64,000 nt of DNA from Eukaryota sp. GEM-RC1 (Eukaryota), in NCBI GenBank assembly GCA_040285855.1, contig JAUFOQ010000006.1, positions 930,001 through 994,000 of the forward strand, read 5' to 3'. The notes under the pieces were generated by a model that was not told where the DNA came from, did not search any database, and saw only the letters and a list, made by a program, of their open reading frames with translations. Both the position numbers and the translations under genes were made by a program. This document shows positions 13,561-24,807 of this stretch, piece after piece (position 1 is the first letter of the stretch; each line of letters opens with the position of its first letter).

Positions 13561-16053
13561 TTCAACTGGCATTGGCCACATTCACGAATGTATATTCTTT
13601 TGAATAAAATAGATGACATAAAAACCTTAATTACTGTGGGCAACCCCCATTCTCACAACTCACTTTCAGCACCACTCTTGAACGGAACCTCCCGTCTCGA
13701 GTCTTGTAAGTTTCTGGAGGACCTCCAAGCTTACGCCGCTGTCCTCCAGGCTTCCGAAGCAATGTCCCGCCCTGCTGTCGCTGAAGAGTTTGAATCCGCT
13801 ACAGAATCCGAAGATGAAGGTAACGACGCTGAACAAGGTTAAGGTCCCGCCCCTCCCTCCAGAATTGTCCGCTCTCACATGCTGCAATTGTGCCCTGATT
13901 CTTCGAACGTTTCTGTTCCGCCAGAACTGAGGAACCTAATCCCTCACATCAGACGATTCCTCAGCCCTCGTCTCTTGCCATTCCCCTGTTATGTCCTGAA
14001 GCTGCAGAAGACGATGAACAACTCCTGGCCTGGATATATTCCAACTCCCTTATCCACGACGAAGCCCTCGCTTCGAGAATTCCCCATATGTGTCTGGCCA
14101 TTGATGAACAGTTCTGTAACAAACAACGGATTACTGTATATGGCTGTCTTCTTGCGAGACTGTACGCTCTTTACGAGCCTGGGCATTCCCAGAGGCTGAC
14201 CCAACAGCCGTTCTAAGAGAACTGTGTTTCGACTTTGTGATGTATTCGCATTCACCAACTAGAATACCATTTGCTACTGATCACATTGTTTACGAAACAT
14301 TATTACCAATTTCAGGGCGACCATTATGGCCATTTCCGCATGACAAATGACAACAAGGTGTCTGTTTTTGACATCCTTGCGAGGTTTACAATGACATTTT
14401 GAGACAGTAATAAAGACAATGTTGGATATACAACTTGTCATTGATTGTAGCGCATTCTAGAGGTGATTTACAATCTAACGAGAGTAGGCTCGTGATTGGA
14501 TTCGATTTTAATAAAAAAGTAAATGTAGAGACCTTTTTCATTACACTAGTACTGCTCTACACTGTGTCTGGAGTACTTTCTAAAGATATCTGCGAGATTT
14601 TGACCTATTGGTACAAATTTGAACAAGGCCACTTTTTGGCCATTATTTCAGCTTCATTGCACTCGACTCCTTGGATGAAATACTAATCATTGTTGGATGT
14701 TAATTCTTTAGTGATTGTTCATCTCAGCTCCTTTTGATCTCCTCTCGTTTCTTCTTAAGGTTTTGCAAAGACCGACCCTTGTTTTATATTGTGTTGTTTA
14801 ATGTTGTTTTATTTTATTTATTGAATTCAAAATTATGGAAAAAACTAATTATATTATTGCTGACGAACAATGTGATTGATGATTCGGTTCCACGACTTCA
14901 ACAAAGGATTTACTTGGGACTGCTACCTACTCAAACTCAATTCAGTCAATTGATCCTCTTCTTGAACTGGAGGGAAGAAGAACAAAACACTTCTGGTCTA
15001 AAAAGGGTAACGATTTTCTACAAAATTTGGGCAATTACAAATTTATCAAATGTTTGTAAAAAAACAAATAACATCGAATTTAAAATAGTTAATTGACATA
15101 TGTTAGAATCGAAATTCAGGAAATTGCTTCCTGCATTAAAAACTTCAAAAATTCTGAATTGAGAGAATGAAAAAAAGGAAAAGAAACAACAACAACAACA
15201 ACAACATCGATTTCAAACTGTTCATCAAAGATGAAATTGAAAAATTATAAATTATCACCAGAATTAATGAAAAGGAGGAATATCAATCGACGGATTTGCA
15301 AATGATCACACTTTTACATTGGAGTTAGGGCAAAGTGAAGTAATGTCATCAATCACATCAGAATTTTGACCTGTTTAGACCGATTTTGATCTCGAAACAT
15401 CAATAATTAGTGATTTCTGATCAATATCACCAGAAAAAGTGGGATCTCAGGGAATTTAGAGATGCTACCATCATCAACAAAGTAGCTCAATCAATAAATT
15501 GGATTGCAATCAGAACAGATTGTTTCCAACTTCGTTCCAAAAGATCAACAACATCACCAAGAAAATCAACATAATCATCATCAATCAAACCCTCAATCAA
15601 AAGATCCCTAATGACACACTTATGATACTTAATACCAGTAGAAAATACTGTGATTGAGAATTATCGAATTAAATCAATTACTCTAAGAATATTAGCATGA
15701 AGTCTCTGGTCATTTGTGAAGTGGTTCATGGTGGGGTAAGGAATAGGATCAATGGAGAGGAACCAGCTGTTGGTGGAAGCATTGTAAGGGGAAATGGAAG
15801 TGATAATGTTCAGAGAGGATGTGACTTGAAGAGATTCTCCTGGGTGAGTGTAGACGGATGAGAGAAGTCTTTGAGTTCAAAAGAGAGGATCTTGATGAGA
15901 GGTTTAGGAGAGTGGAGTCGTAGCAAGAAAAGGAATCAAGAACAGTATTAGTACGAGTTTTGAAAGAGCCAATGCTTTGGTCTAGATTGGGACGACAAGA
16001 AGACTGGTTGTTGGAGGAGTAGATAGTGATAGTGAAAGAGAAAGTCCCAGAAT

Positions 16054-16661
16054 TTAAGTAGTTATGTGGATATGTAGATTCAGAAGAACATTTCGAAGCA
16101 GAGTCATCATCCCAAAAGACTTGGGAAAAAGAAACTGAAGATTGTGGGTAGACATCATCAACTGAAAATTCAGTGAAGAAAGAGACATTGAAGTCTGCAG
16201 CTGTGCATGAAAGAGATTGAAGGATGAATCGAAAGGCAGCAGGGTTAGCTCTATTGAGTTCAAATAAATATATAGCATGAAAGCAACCAGATACAAACGA
16301 CGAATATAGACTTCAGTGAATCGAAGATGGGGATAGGACTTCTGGAGTTTGTTGATGTAGAAAAGTGCAAGAAAAGCACATTCTAAGGTACTTTGGCTGT
16401 TGGACAGCAATCTCTTAATTCAAACTGACAAGGAAACTTTGGGTTTGGAACCAAAATACTGGGGAGTACTATCGGGAATAGAATCGAGCACTGAGTCCAG
16501 AATGGTTGACGCGATGGAGAGAACATGGCAATCATCGGAGAAGGAAGTGACATTGTCATCAACAAAAGGCATGAACAAGACTTCAGGAAATACGTCCTTG
16601 AATTTGATGTTGTAGAATTTGTAGAGAGAGTGACATGACAAGATTGATGAGCATTTGACAA
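16054..16661 (-). CDS. PHO80-like cyclin, fragmented (introns or pseudogene)
   Basis: STLECAFLALFYINKL...IRRLYLVAFML, then K..WDDD in another frame. This matches the cyclin N-terminal box. Confidence 0.65.
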
Positions 16662-17124
16662 GGTGAGATGTACTTAAGTGTTATGTATAGGGGTGTACAA
16701 AAACTCGACTCAAGTTTAGACTGTTGAATGTTTAGAAAATTGAGCGGACAATTTAACTAGAATTTCTGCGAGTTTACATGACCCAATGTACCAACAATTA
16801 GTAAAATTGATCAGCAAGATCCTGGTGAGTGTTTCTCTCATTTACTTCAGTCATTTTCATCAATTAAAGGGATTTTAGGGTTGGTAAAAAAATAGAAGAA
16901 ATACAAATACAAACACACTTTTCCAGAAAAAAATACGGTACAGAATACACAAAAATACAGAATACAAAAAATACTGTATTTTGTATTTTGCAACTACAGT
17001 ATGCCCTATGGGATACCTAATAAAGTTTTATATTAAATCCTTGTTTTAACTTACATGATTTGATGTAGACAAGATGTAAGTGAAAGTTAGTCCTAAAACA
17101 AAACACAATTTTATACAACAAACT

Positions 17125-17610
17125 TTAAAAAGTTTTACAAGGATCAGTCAGACCACAAACAGTACATCCTCCAGAAGAAAACGTAGATCGAGCGAAATAT
17201 GTGACAGTATATTGCTCGTTCAAGAAACGGGATGACTGCGTCTGTGCCCAAGATGAACAGGCCGAGTGAGAACCAGAATACGAAGCACAACTTCCAGGGC
17301 ATGTACAACGACGAAGAGGGAAGATCATCTTATCGTTAGATTCGATTCCCATTATGGCATCTGAAAGACTGTTTTCAAATGATGAAGTGTCTTGACCGAG
17401 ACTGTTTATGTTGGAAGCACAAAGAACACATTCGCCAGGACCGTAGGCTCCGCCAGGTCGAAAATGACATCTGGCATCAGAAGAAGCTCCAAGTACATCG
17501 GCCCAGTATTGACACCAGCAGTAACATCCGTCATTCGTTCCGCTATGCCCTTGTCGGCAACCAGCAAGAGCCAGCGCTATAAGTAGAGTGAGAACTAGAA
17601 CTACTTTCAT
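17125..17610 (-). CDS. Small secreted cysteine-rich protein
   Basis: Signal-peptide-like MKVVLVLTLLIALALA followed by two Cys-rich halves. Intact 161-aa ORF. Confidence 0.75.
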   Translation of the reverse strand: MKVVLVLTLLIALALAGCRQGHSGTNDGCYCWCQYWADVLGASSDARCHFRPGGAYGPGECVLCASNINSLGQDTSSFENSLSDAIMGIESNDKMIFPLRRCTCPGSCASYSGSHSACSSWAQTQSSRFLNEQYTVTYFARSTFSSGGCTVCGLTDPCKTF

Positions 17611-17990
17611 TAGGGGTGAGATTATACTTGTCGAATGGAAGATTTATTCTTCCATTTTTTCTATGTTTTTCGAAAACTTTCTAACAACAAGAACCAGAAG
17701 TCCTTGATTTACTCGTTCAAAACACTTTCTGGGTTTTCTGGTGAAGTTACCTTTTCGGAAAATCGTCCTGCACAAAGATAAGGGTGAATGTGTGTTTGTT
17801 GCTTTTATCACAGACTGAATTTGGAAAAGAAGGTAACTATTAGGAAACCTATTCAAGTGTCGTTTGAAGTCACGGAGCAATCGCTCAATCACCATAGTAG
17901 ACATGGCCCAAAACAGTGATGAGATCAGAATAGATTTTAAGCTATACTACGAGTAGCAATTAAATCATTAGGAAAAAGCCAGAAAAAAAA

Positions 17991-19428
17991 CTAATAAATA
18001 TATCTGTAAACAAAATAACAAACTAAAAGAACCGGAGTTAATGAGGAAATGAAGTAAATAATGACATCCCATCCCCGCCATGTCACACCAAGAGCTCTCC
18101 TCATGTCCTTCCTTCTAACAGCCGTACAAACTAAAACTGAACCAATAACACCTGTTAGAATTACCGCTGTGGTTCCCGTAAATCGATCAATGAAATCCAT
18201 GAAAGATTCACCATTGATTGTCAACTTGACACTAGTTGATGATAAAGCCGACGGAGTGCCAGCTATTAACAACAAGCAAGTTACTATTATTACAGCTGTT
18301 TTGTTGGAGATTGAAAACTCTTCAGAAACTGCATTAAGAATTACCTTAAATCCAGCTAGTGATGAGCTAAATGCAGCAAGAAAGAACAAAAAGAAAAACG
18401 CTATTGACAAAACATACCCCCCTTTTAGACTTGGAAAAATCTTGGGTAACACGTTGAATGCCAATTCTAAACCTAAAATGAGTACAACAATGGAAAAAAC
18501 ATACCAGCGGCTGGCTTTTCATCTGATGCAAAAACAAATGGAAAAATCACAAAAATTGAAGCTAATGAAACTGATAGCTGAGTAAGTCCTACAATGATTG
18601 AAGCTCGGGGAATGTGAATCTTAGGGGGAAGGAGAGAACCATAAGTTTCCAAATAGCCTTGGCCAATGGCAATCGTAAAGAAAGCTTGACCAAATGCAAA
18701 GAACCAAAGATCAACATCTGCTAAATCTGACCAGTTAACTCTAAAAACAAAGTCTTTCGTCTTCTCCCAACCTTCGCCTGTGGTTAGAGCACTTACAACT
18801 ACCAGCATCAGCAAAAGAGCCATTAGAACTGGGATAAGTACAGTACATAACTTTTCTAGTGCTTTTACACCCTTCAGCATGATCAGAGCACATAGAACAG
18901 TGAGAGTGATGAACCAGTAAAGTGATTTGAAACCTTGGCAAAAGTCATCGAACACAACCAGACGATTAGCAACAGCATCGAAGGAGAATGCTAATGTCCA
19001 GCCAGTGATGACCATTAGGTAGGAAGTAATGGCAAATGTAAGGAGGATGACTGCCCAGCCATGGATTGGACCTAGCCTTTTGTTAGTGAAACGATAAGTT
19101 GATACAACATTTCCTTGAGCAAGACGCCCAGCGGCAGTTTCGAGGAACATCTAGAATAAGAAATACTAGAAGAACTTACAAATGGAAAAGCAACACATAT
19201 CAAGGTGACGATTTGGGCAAAGATGTAAGTAGCTCCACCTAGTTTGTAGACAATGTAAGGAAATCTGACTACATTACCCAACCCAACACTAGCAGCACAA
19301 GTGGAAATGATGAATCCTCTTTCGGAAGAGAACTTCTCGTCATTTTTCACATAAAACTCACTAGCAAGGAGAGGAAGTCTAGTTTTGATGAGAGGAAGAA
19401 CCTCCCTGGGACGAAGAGAAGTAGACAT
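17991..19428 (-). CDS. Sodium:neurotransmitter symporter (SLC6/NSS) family transporter, two introns
   Basis: SVGLGNVVRFPY, AFGQAFFTIAIG, YGSLL and FLAAFSS motifs. GT-AG introns at 19151-19179 (29 nt) and 18473-18504 (32 nt) restore the frame. Confidence 0.92.
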
Positions 19429-19941
19429 CAGCTTATAAGTGGAAAAGATAGAGAAATCAATTACAATGTTCTTAAACAAATTCCAATTCAATTAATTATT
19501 ACCGATTTCGGCACAATTGTTCTTTTCCATGATACTCTGCATGCTCCAGACTTCTTCTTAACATTATTCTGATTAATTATTTACAGTCGAAACGACATTC
19601 GATGCATATAAACACATTATTTGTTTCATTTGCGTTCCTTAGTACAACTGAATGCTGTTTTCTATTGAATGGAAGTCGACATCAATTGCTAGAGTTGTTT
19701 GGTAAATGACGAAATAACTATTGCAATACATTGGAACGTTCTCATATTTGCAATAAATATATTGATGCAAAGAACCGTGGGCAATAAAATACTTATTACA
19801 GTACATTGTATTTCTCGGTGTCCCTGTGCAGTGTTGAATCAACCTCCCATTACTCAATTCATCAATAAATCTCAAAAAAACATAGAAATTGAGGGAACTT
19901 CCTCAATGGTTCGAGTGTGATTAAGAAATATGGTTTGTTAC

Positions 19942-20344
19942 CAGGGCCTGGAAAAATTGAATTGAATTGATTGCCAATGTCAATGATTGGTATTTATCCA
20001 ATGCCAATGTCAATGTCTCAAATTGAACCAATCGACTTTGCATGTTTTAAATGAATCCAATCAATGTTTGCATGTTTGATATTGGTCCAATATTTCAAGT
20101 ATTACCACTACTACTAGTAGAACAGCCAAATCATACGATTTATGTATTCTGTTCGTTAAAAACATGTTTAAACGACTATCTACATCAGCTGCATATTTTA
20201 TTGCGGTTTGCAGTGTTGAGTGAAATAGGATAATACGCAAAATATAATTGGCCAGTATTTTAATGTTTGAACATTATACCAATCAATGTTTCATACCAAT
20301 GTATTCAAGTATGTGTATTGGCAATTCAATTTTTCCAGGCCCTG
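19942..20344. mobile_element. MITE with perfect 23-bp TIRs
   Basis: CAGGGCCTGGAAAAATTGAATTG...CAATTCAATTTTTCCAGGCCCTG, flanked by direct repeat GTTTGTTAC (19933-19941 and 20345-20353). Confidence 0.88.
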
Positions 20345-20487
20345 GTTTGTTACCATACTGAACACTTAGCCACCAAGAATCACACTCAATCAATGAATAA
20401 TTCAGTCATTTTATACATGAATAGATTTGACCAACCAAGAAATTTGAGAATCTGTTGGGTTTGCTAAACATATAAATACTAATAGTG

Positions 20488-21685
20488 TCAACAAGAACCT
20501 CCACATTCCAATTGACGGGTACATCCTTGACAAGATAATTCCACTTCCAATTCAACAGCTTCACTTGGAAATTTAGACACCAATTCATTCATAACTTGCA
20601 TCAATTCCTCAGTTTCAGAAGCCATTTCTAACTCAGCGCTTTCAAATCGCTTGGCAATCTCACTATGAACAGATGGAGGGAAATGAGCGTCCAACAGCTT
20701 AAACAGTACTATAGTTAGAACAATAACAAGTAAACATACTCTGATCTTCCTTGTAAATATGTTGAGTCAAATGAGAAGCGTACTCATTACTGGACTCTGA
20801 AAACCCAACCACATCTTCTGCTTCAATTGCTTCCTTCATTGAAGTCATTAGTTCTCGGTTGATTTCATGTTCAAGTTCCATTACTTCGATGGGACCACCT
20901 TTAACTGGGAATCCTGTATCTTTGGCAAATACAAACAGAATGTTCTCTTCTTTGGCATGATGAACGCGGTCAGCAAAGCCAGTAAAGAATTGAACAAATG
21001 AGTTGGCTGTGGTGGTATCGAAAGCAGTATTGAGGGAATGGCGGCAAAATGAAACTAGAGCAGACAGGACAGCGGATATCTTACGATGTTCTTCTTGGAG
21101 GTTGAGAGTTGATGTAGAACTGTTCTGTGAAAGTCCGGCATCACGAATTCCTGGACACGAAGGTAGCTTAGGAGCAGCATATTTGTCATTGAGTTGATCA
21201 GCAATAGAGAGAAGTTCATCATTCAGCTTGACGCTGGATATTTTCTTCATGAGCGAAAGTACATCAAACTCACTAAATCCTTCCTCGAGCATAGGAGCAA
21301 GAATGTTATCCTCCTTATAAGCGTGGTTTTTGAGCAAGTCAATGTACTTTTCAGCAAAGGCTTTAAACTCAGAGCTGCCATCATGAGACAAGCACTCTCG
21401 CATGCTAGAGATTAAAGCGCGAAGAGCGGTGTGTTCTTTTAGCATGGCCTTGATGGGTTCGGTTGCTATATGCTTTGACAAAGCTAGGTCAAAAATGAGG
21501 TCTTCTTCCATGGCATGGTGGTATTTGTCAGCATAATCTGAAAAAAACCGTGCGAACAGACCAGCATCTGTACTATCAAATTGGGAAAGAATGAACTCCT
21601 CGAAGGATTCCAGAACATCGGTAATCAACTTGTGATGGGAAGCAAGAAGGTCGGTTGGTGAATCTATTGACAGAGAAACGGACAT
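20488..21685 (-). CDS. Tandem hemerythrin (HHE) domain protein, one intron
   Basis: Two H...HHxxEE...EH...HxxKED motif sets. A 31-nt GTATGT...TAG intron (20709-20739) joins ORF 20488-20694. Cys-rich C-terminal tail. Confidence 0.9.
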
Positions 21686-21803
21686 GAAGTGGAAAGGTCT
21701 AGGTCCTATGGAACAAGCTTTGACATAAGGGAATGGGTCGAAATTGTAATGTGCAGAGTTCGTGAGATGACGAGCAAAAAACGTTTTGTTGGAACTTCTA
21801 CTA

Positions 21804-21919
21804 CTGTGAATTTCATTCCAAATGCATAAGGGCATAACCCTTCACATTTTCATGAGATAAACCACAGTTGACAAAGTCCTCATTCGCAAAGTCTTTTAAG
21901 ACGAGCTAACTTCATAGAT
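21804..21919 (-). ncRNA. Candidate Fanzor omegaRNA scaffold (copy 1)
   Basis: 116 nt between the Fanzor stop and the element end, identical in copy 2. It folds into two stem-loops; the terminal one is a 64-nt CTGTG...CACAG hairpin (21804-21867). Confidence 0.75.
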
Positions 21920-24807
21920 TCAAGATTCCTGATCTTTCTGGTTTACGTTTACGTGTGAGTCCTTGGGTACATATTTCTTAGGCTTATTTGGACAAGTTGC
22001 TCTGTTATGCCCAGGTTGAAAACATATACCACACTTGTTAGGACCTCTGACTTTTGTTAGAGGACGCTTTGCCTTACCCTTACCCTTACTCACAGTCTTT
22101 TTCTTAGGAATCTGATCTGTATTCCCGCCATCCACGACAGGTGTTGTTTGAGATTTTGGTCTCTCGAGGATGGCAGGTCTACCTTGACCTTGAATTGTTC
22201 CATTTACAATATTGTAAATATTGATAGCAGAATTGAAATCTCTATTCCAGAGGACATGACATTTAGCACATTCAACTAAGCCCCATGGTGAGACTTTGTT
22301 GTTCTTCAATCTTTCTTTCGAAAATGTCAACTGGTCTGTCCATTCTTCATCAAAGTTACGCTCCACAATATTGTCTAATTGATTGTGTTCAATAATTTCC
22401 TTTTTAATTCTTTCTCTTCCTTCTGTAACTTCTTCTTCCAATTAGGATCAGTGACTTTGATCCTTTCAGGATTGGAACAGATACCTTCGTCATTTCTGGA
22501 AACACATGCAGAGCAACATTTGCTGGTCTTAAATTCATCAACTAGGAACACTTTAAATCCAAATTTTCTCAATAATTTCCGAATTGAAGCACCTTTTACA
22601 GTCGATGCTTTACCTCTTCTTCGACGAAAAGCAGTGTCGTTCCAGTCTCCATACCCAACAACGACTTCATCTGGGTTTCCAAACTGGAGAGTAAATCTGT
22701 GAAGCATGTTTTTCTCACTTCGTTCCTTTCTTGAATACTGTGTTAAGCGTCTACGTCTAAACCACTTTTCTTCGTAAATTCCTTCAGTATTTCTTTGATC
22801 AGTAGTGGGTGATCGTAATAAAGAACAGGTAATTTCTTTACCAAGAACAAAAGCAGAATACTGAGTCAATTCACAAGATTTACTACCTGGCGAGTTAGAG
22901 CCCCATTGATCTAAAATTTGTTGCCCATTTATGTCAATGCGTCTGCCATCTGGAATGTGAATAAATTGGGTAGAGTATTGTTGTAACCGTTCAGATTCAG
23001 ATAAACGGTGGAGATTATATCGTCTTATTTTCTTCTCCAGCTTCCTCTTCTTTCTCTTAGCTCTTTTTCTTTCCTTCCTTGTTTTTTTCTTTTCCATGGA
23101 GACTTGTTCATATCTGCCTTGCGCTCCCCAGCAGTGTATCTGAATACTTTCCAATCATCACGATTTTTCAACTTGACAGTTGATGGTTTGTCAATAGTGG
23201 GTGCGTCTTTCCAATCCTTCAATTGATTTTTTAATTTTTTCAAGCTTCCTTTTTTCTTTGATGATTTTGGAGAAATCTTTCTTCTTCTGAGTTTGGCTGA
23301 TGTATCGAAACCTTCGATTTCCTTTTCCTCCTTAGATTTTAAAGAAGCACAGTACATCAAATCATGCTGATTAGGATCAATAGCAACAATTCTTTTGGAT
23401 TTCAAATTTAAGTTTTGAATTTCTGTGGAACTCAAAGAATCAATGTACCTTTCAGTAGCTGTGTAGTCAACTGCTTTCACCTTCTTATGAGGATTTCCTC
23501 TCGCATCAAGCAGATCTTTCCGCATCATCATTAAATTACAGCTAACTCCATCTGTAGAAATAGAACTGTATTTGAAGTCATGAGACAATGACTTTGGAAG
23601 ACACTTTGGTTTCAAAACTGAGTGCCAAATATCTTTTCGAACGTCATCAAAGCTACCTTTAATTTCTGATGCATAAACTTCTTTAAACCATGTAGTATCC
23701 AATCTGATATGATTAGGAATCAGTGATTTTGTTAGAGGAAAAGGATTATTGGCAGTAACACCAGGACAAGAGTCCTCAACAAGACGTTTCAAATACACTG
23801 CATGACTTAAGAATTTCAAAGGATCTACTTTTTCAGCATAATAGATTGTTTTCTCCATTTTACCTTCAAAAAAAGTAAACAAATAGTTAAAAAATAGTAA
23901 ACTCAGTCTAGAATTGGGATCAGGAAACACTTCAACATCTTGAAAATTAATTTTTGAAATTTCCCCATTAATGATCAACTGTCTGACTTCATTAAGCTTT
24001 GTACACAACTCTTGTCGTAGATTCTTATCAGTAAGCTTGTTAAGTCTATCTTTTTCAGGGTAACCAAATTAAATACTTGAAAAACATATTCATGAAAGTG
24101 ATCACTCATGTTAGTCTTGTAATTCGTTATAATTTCAGTAGCCATGTAATGCAATATACGAGATAAACGATGACTACTGGGAAACACAATCCTATCAAGT
24201 CCAACAGATCGAGCAGCTATTTCTAAACGAGGAATATAATACATCAAGAAGTGTTGAGCAAACTGATTTTGAGTTGAGCCATCATTTGTGTTAGAAATTA
24301 TGTTTTCTAAAGATTCTTGCACAGTCTCAATATGATTCTGATTGTTTACAAGTTTGTTGTCCCTAATCGTCATCATAGACAACACTTGTTCCATTGATTT
24401 CAACGTAAAAAAATTCTTCCAGTCTGGCAATTCAATTTTGGCAGTTTGAATTTTAGTCCAAAGGTCAGGTTCAGGTTTAGGTTCATCACTCGCATCTTCA
24501 ATATTTTCTAATTTAATAGGAGGAGTAGCAGCATGGATAGACTCTGAATGTACATCTGTTTCTTCATCAGTTGACTCATCTGTATCAGAATTCATTTCTT
24601 CCTTAACAGTTACATTTGGAACAGTAGCAGGCAGTAACTTCTGAATGTAACCTATAATACCTGAATGGTGAAAATTATGAACAAAAAATGTTTCAAAAAG
24701 AGAGTACTACGGACTCTTACTTGGTGAGCTCTCTTAACACGAGATTCAATAAATTTAACCTTCGCTTTGGACACAACATTGTCTAGTCGTTTCTTAACCA
24801 CTTTCAT
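21920..24807 (-). CDS. Fanzor1 (TnpB-like RNA-guided RuvC nuclease) with C-terminal CCHC knuckle, frameshifted
   Basis: ISTDGVS; RuvC-I IVAIDPN; VGYGDW; RuvC-II VDEFKTSKCCSAC; ECAKC..WNRDFNSAINI (RuvC-III); GRP; CGICFQPGHNRATC. Spread over several ORFs joined by -1 shifts. Confidence 0.9.

Noticed and set aside
13588..14420. GC-richer segment next to the capsid relic as a CRESS Rep
   Set aside because: No rolling-circle motifs or Walker A were seen in the frames examined. Left unassigned.
21686..21835. N-terminal 50 aa of ORF 20699-21835 as part of native hemerythrin
   Set aside because: It starts inside the mobile element end. The likely native start is 21685.
24652..24660. 9-nt GT...AG intron removing the stop of the Ulp1-Fanzor ORF
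   Set aside because: Too short. Removal keeps the frame and meets another stop 13 codons later.
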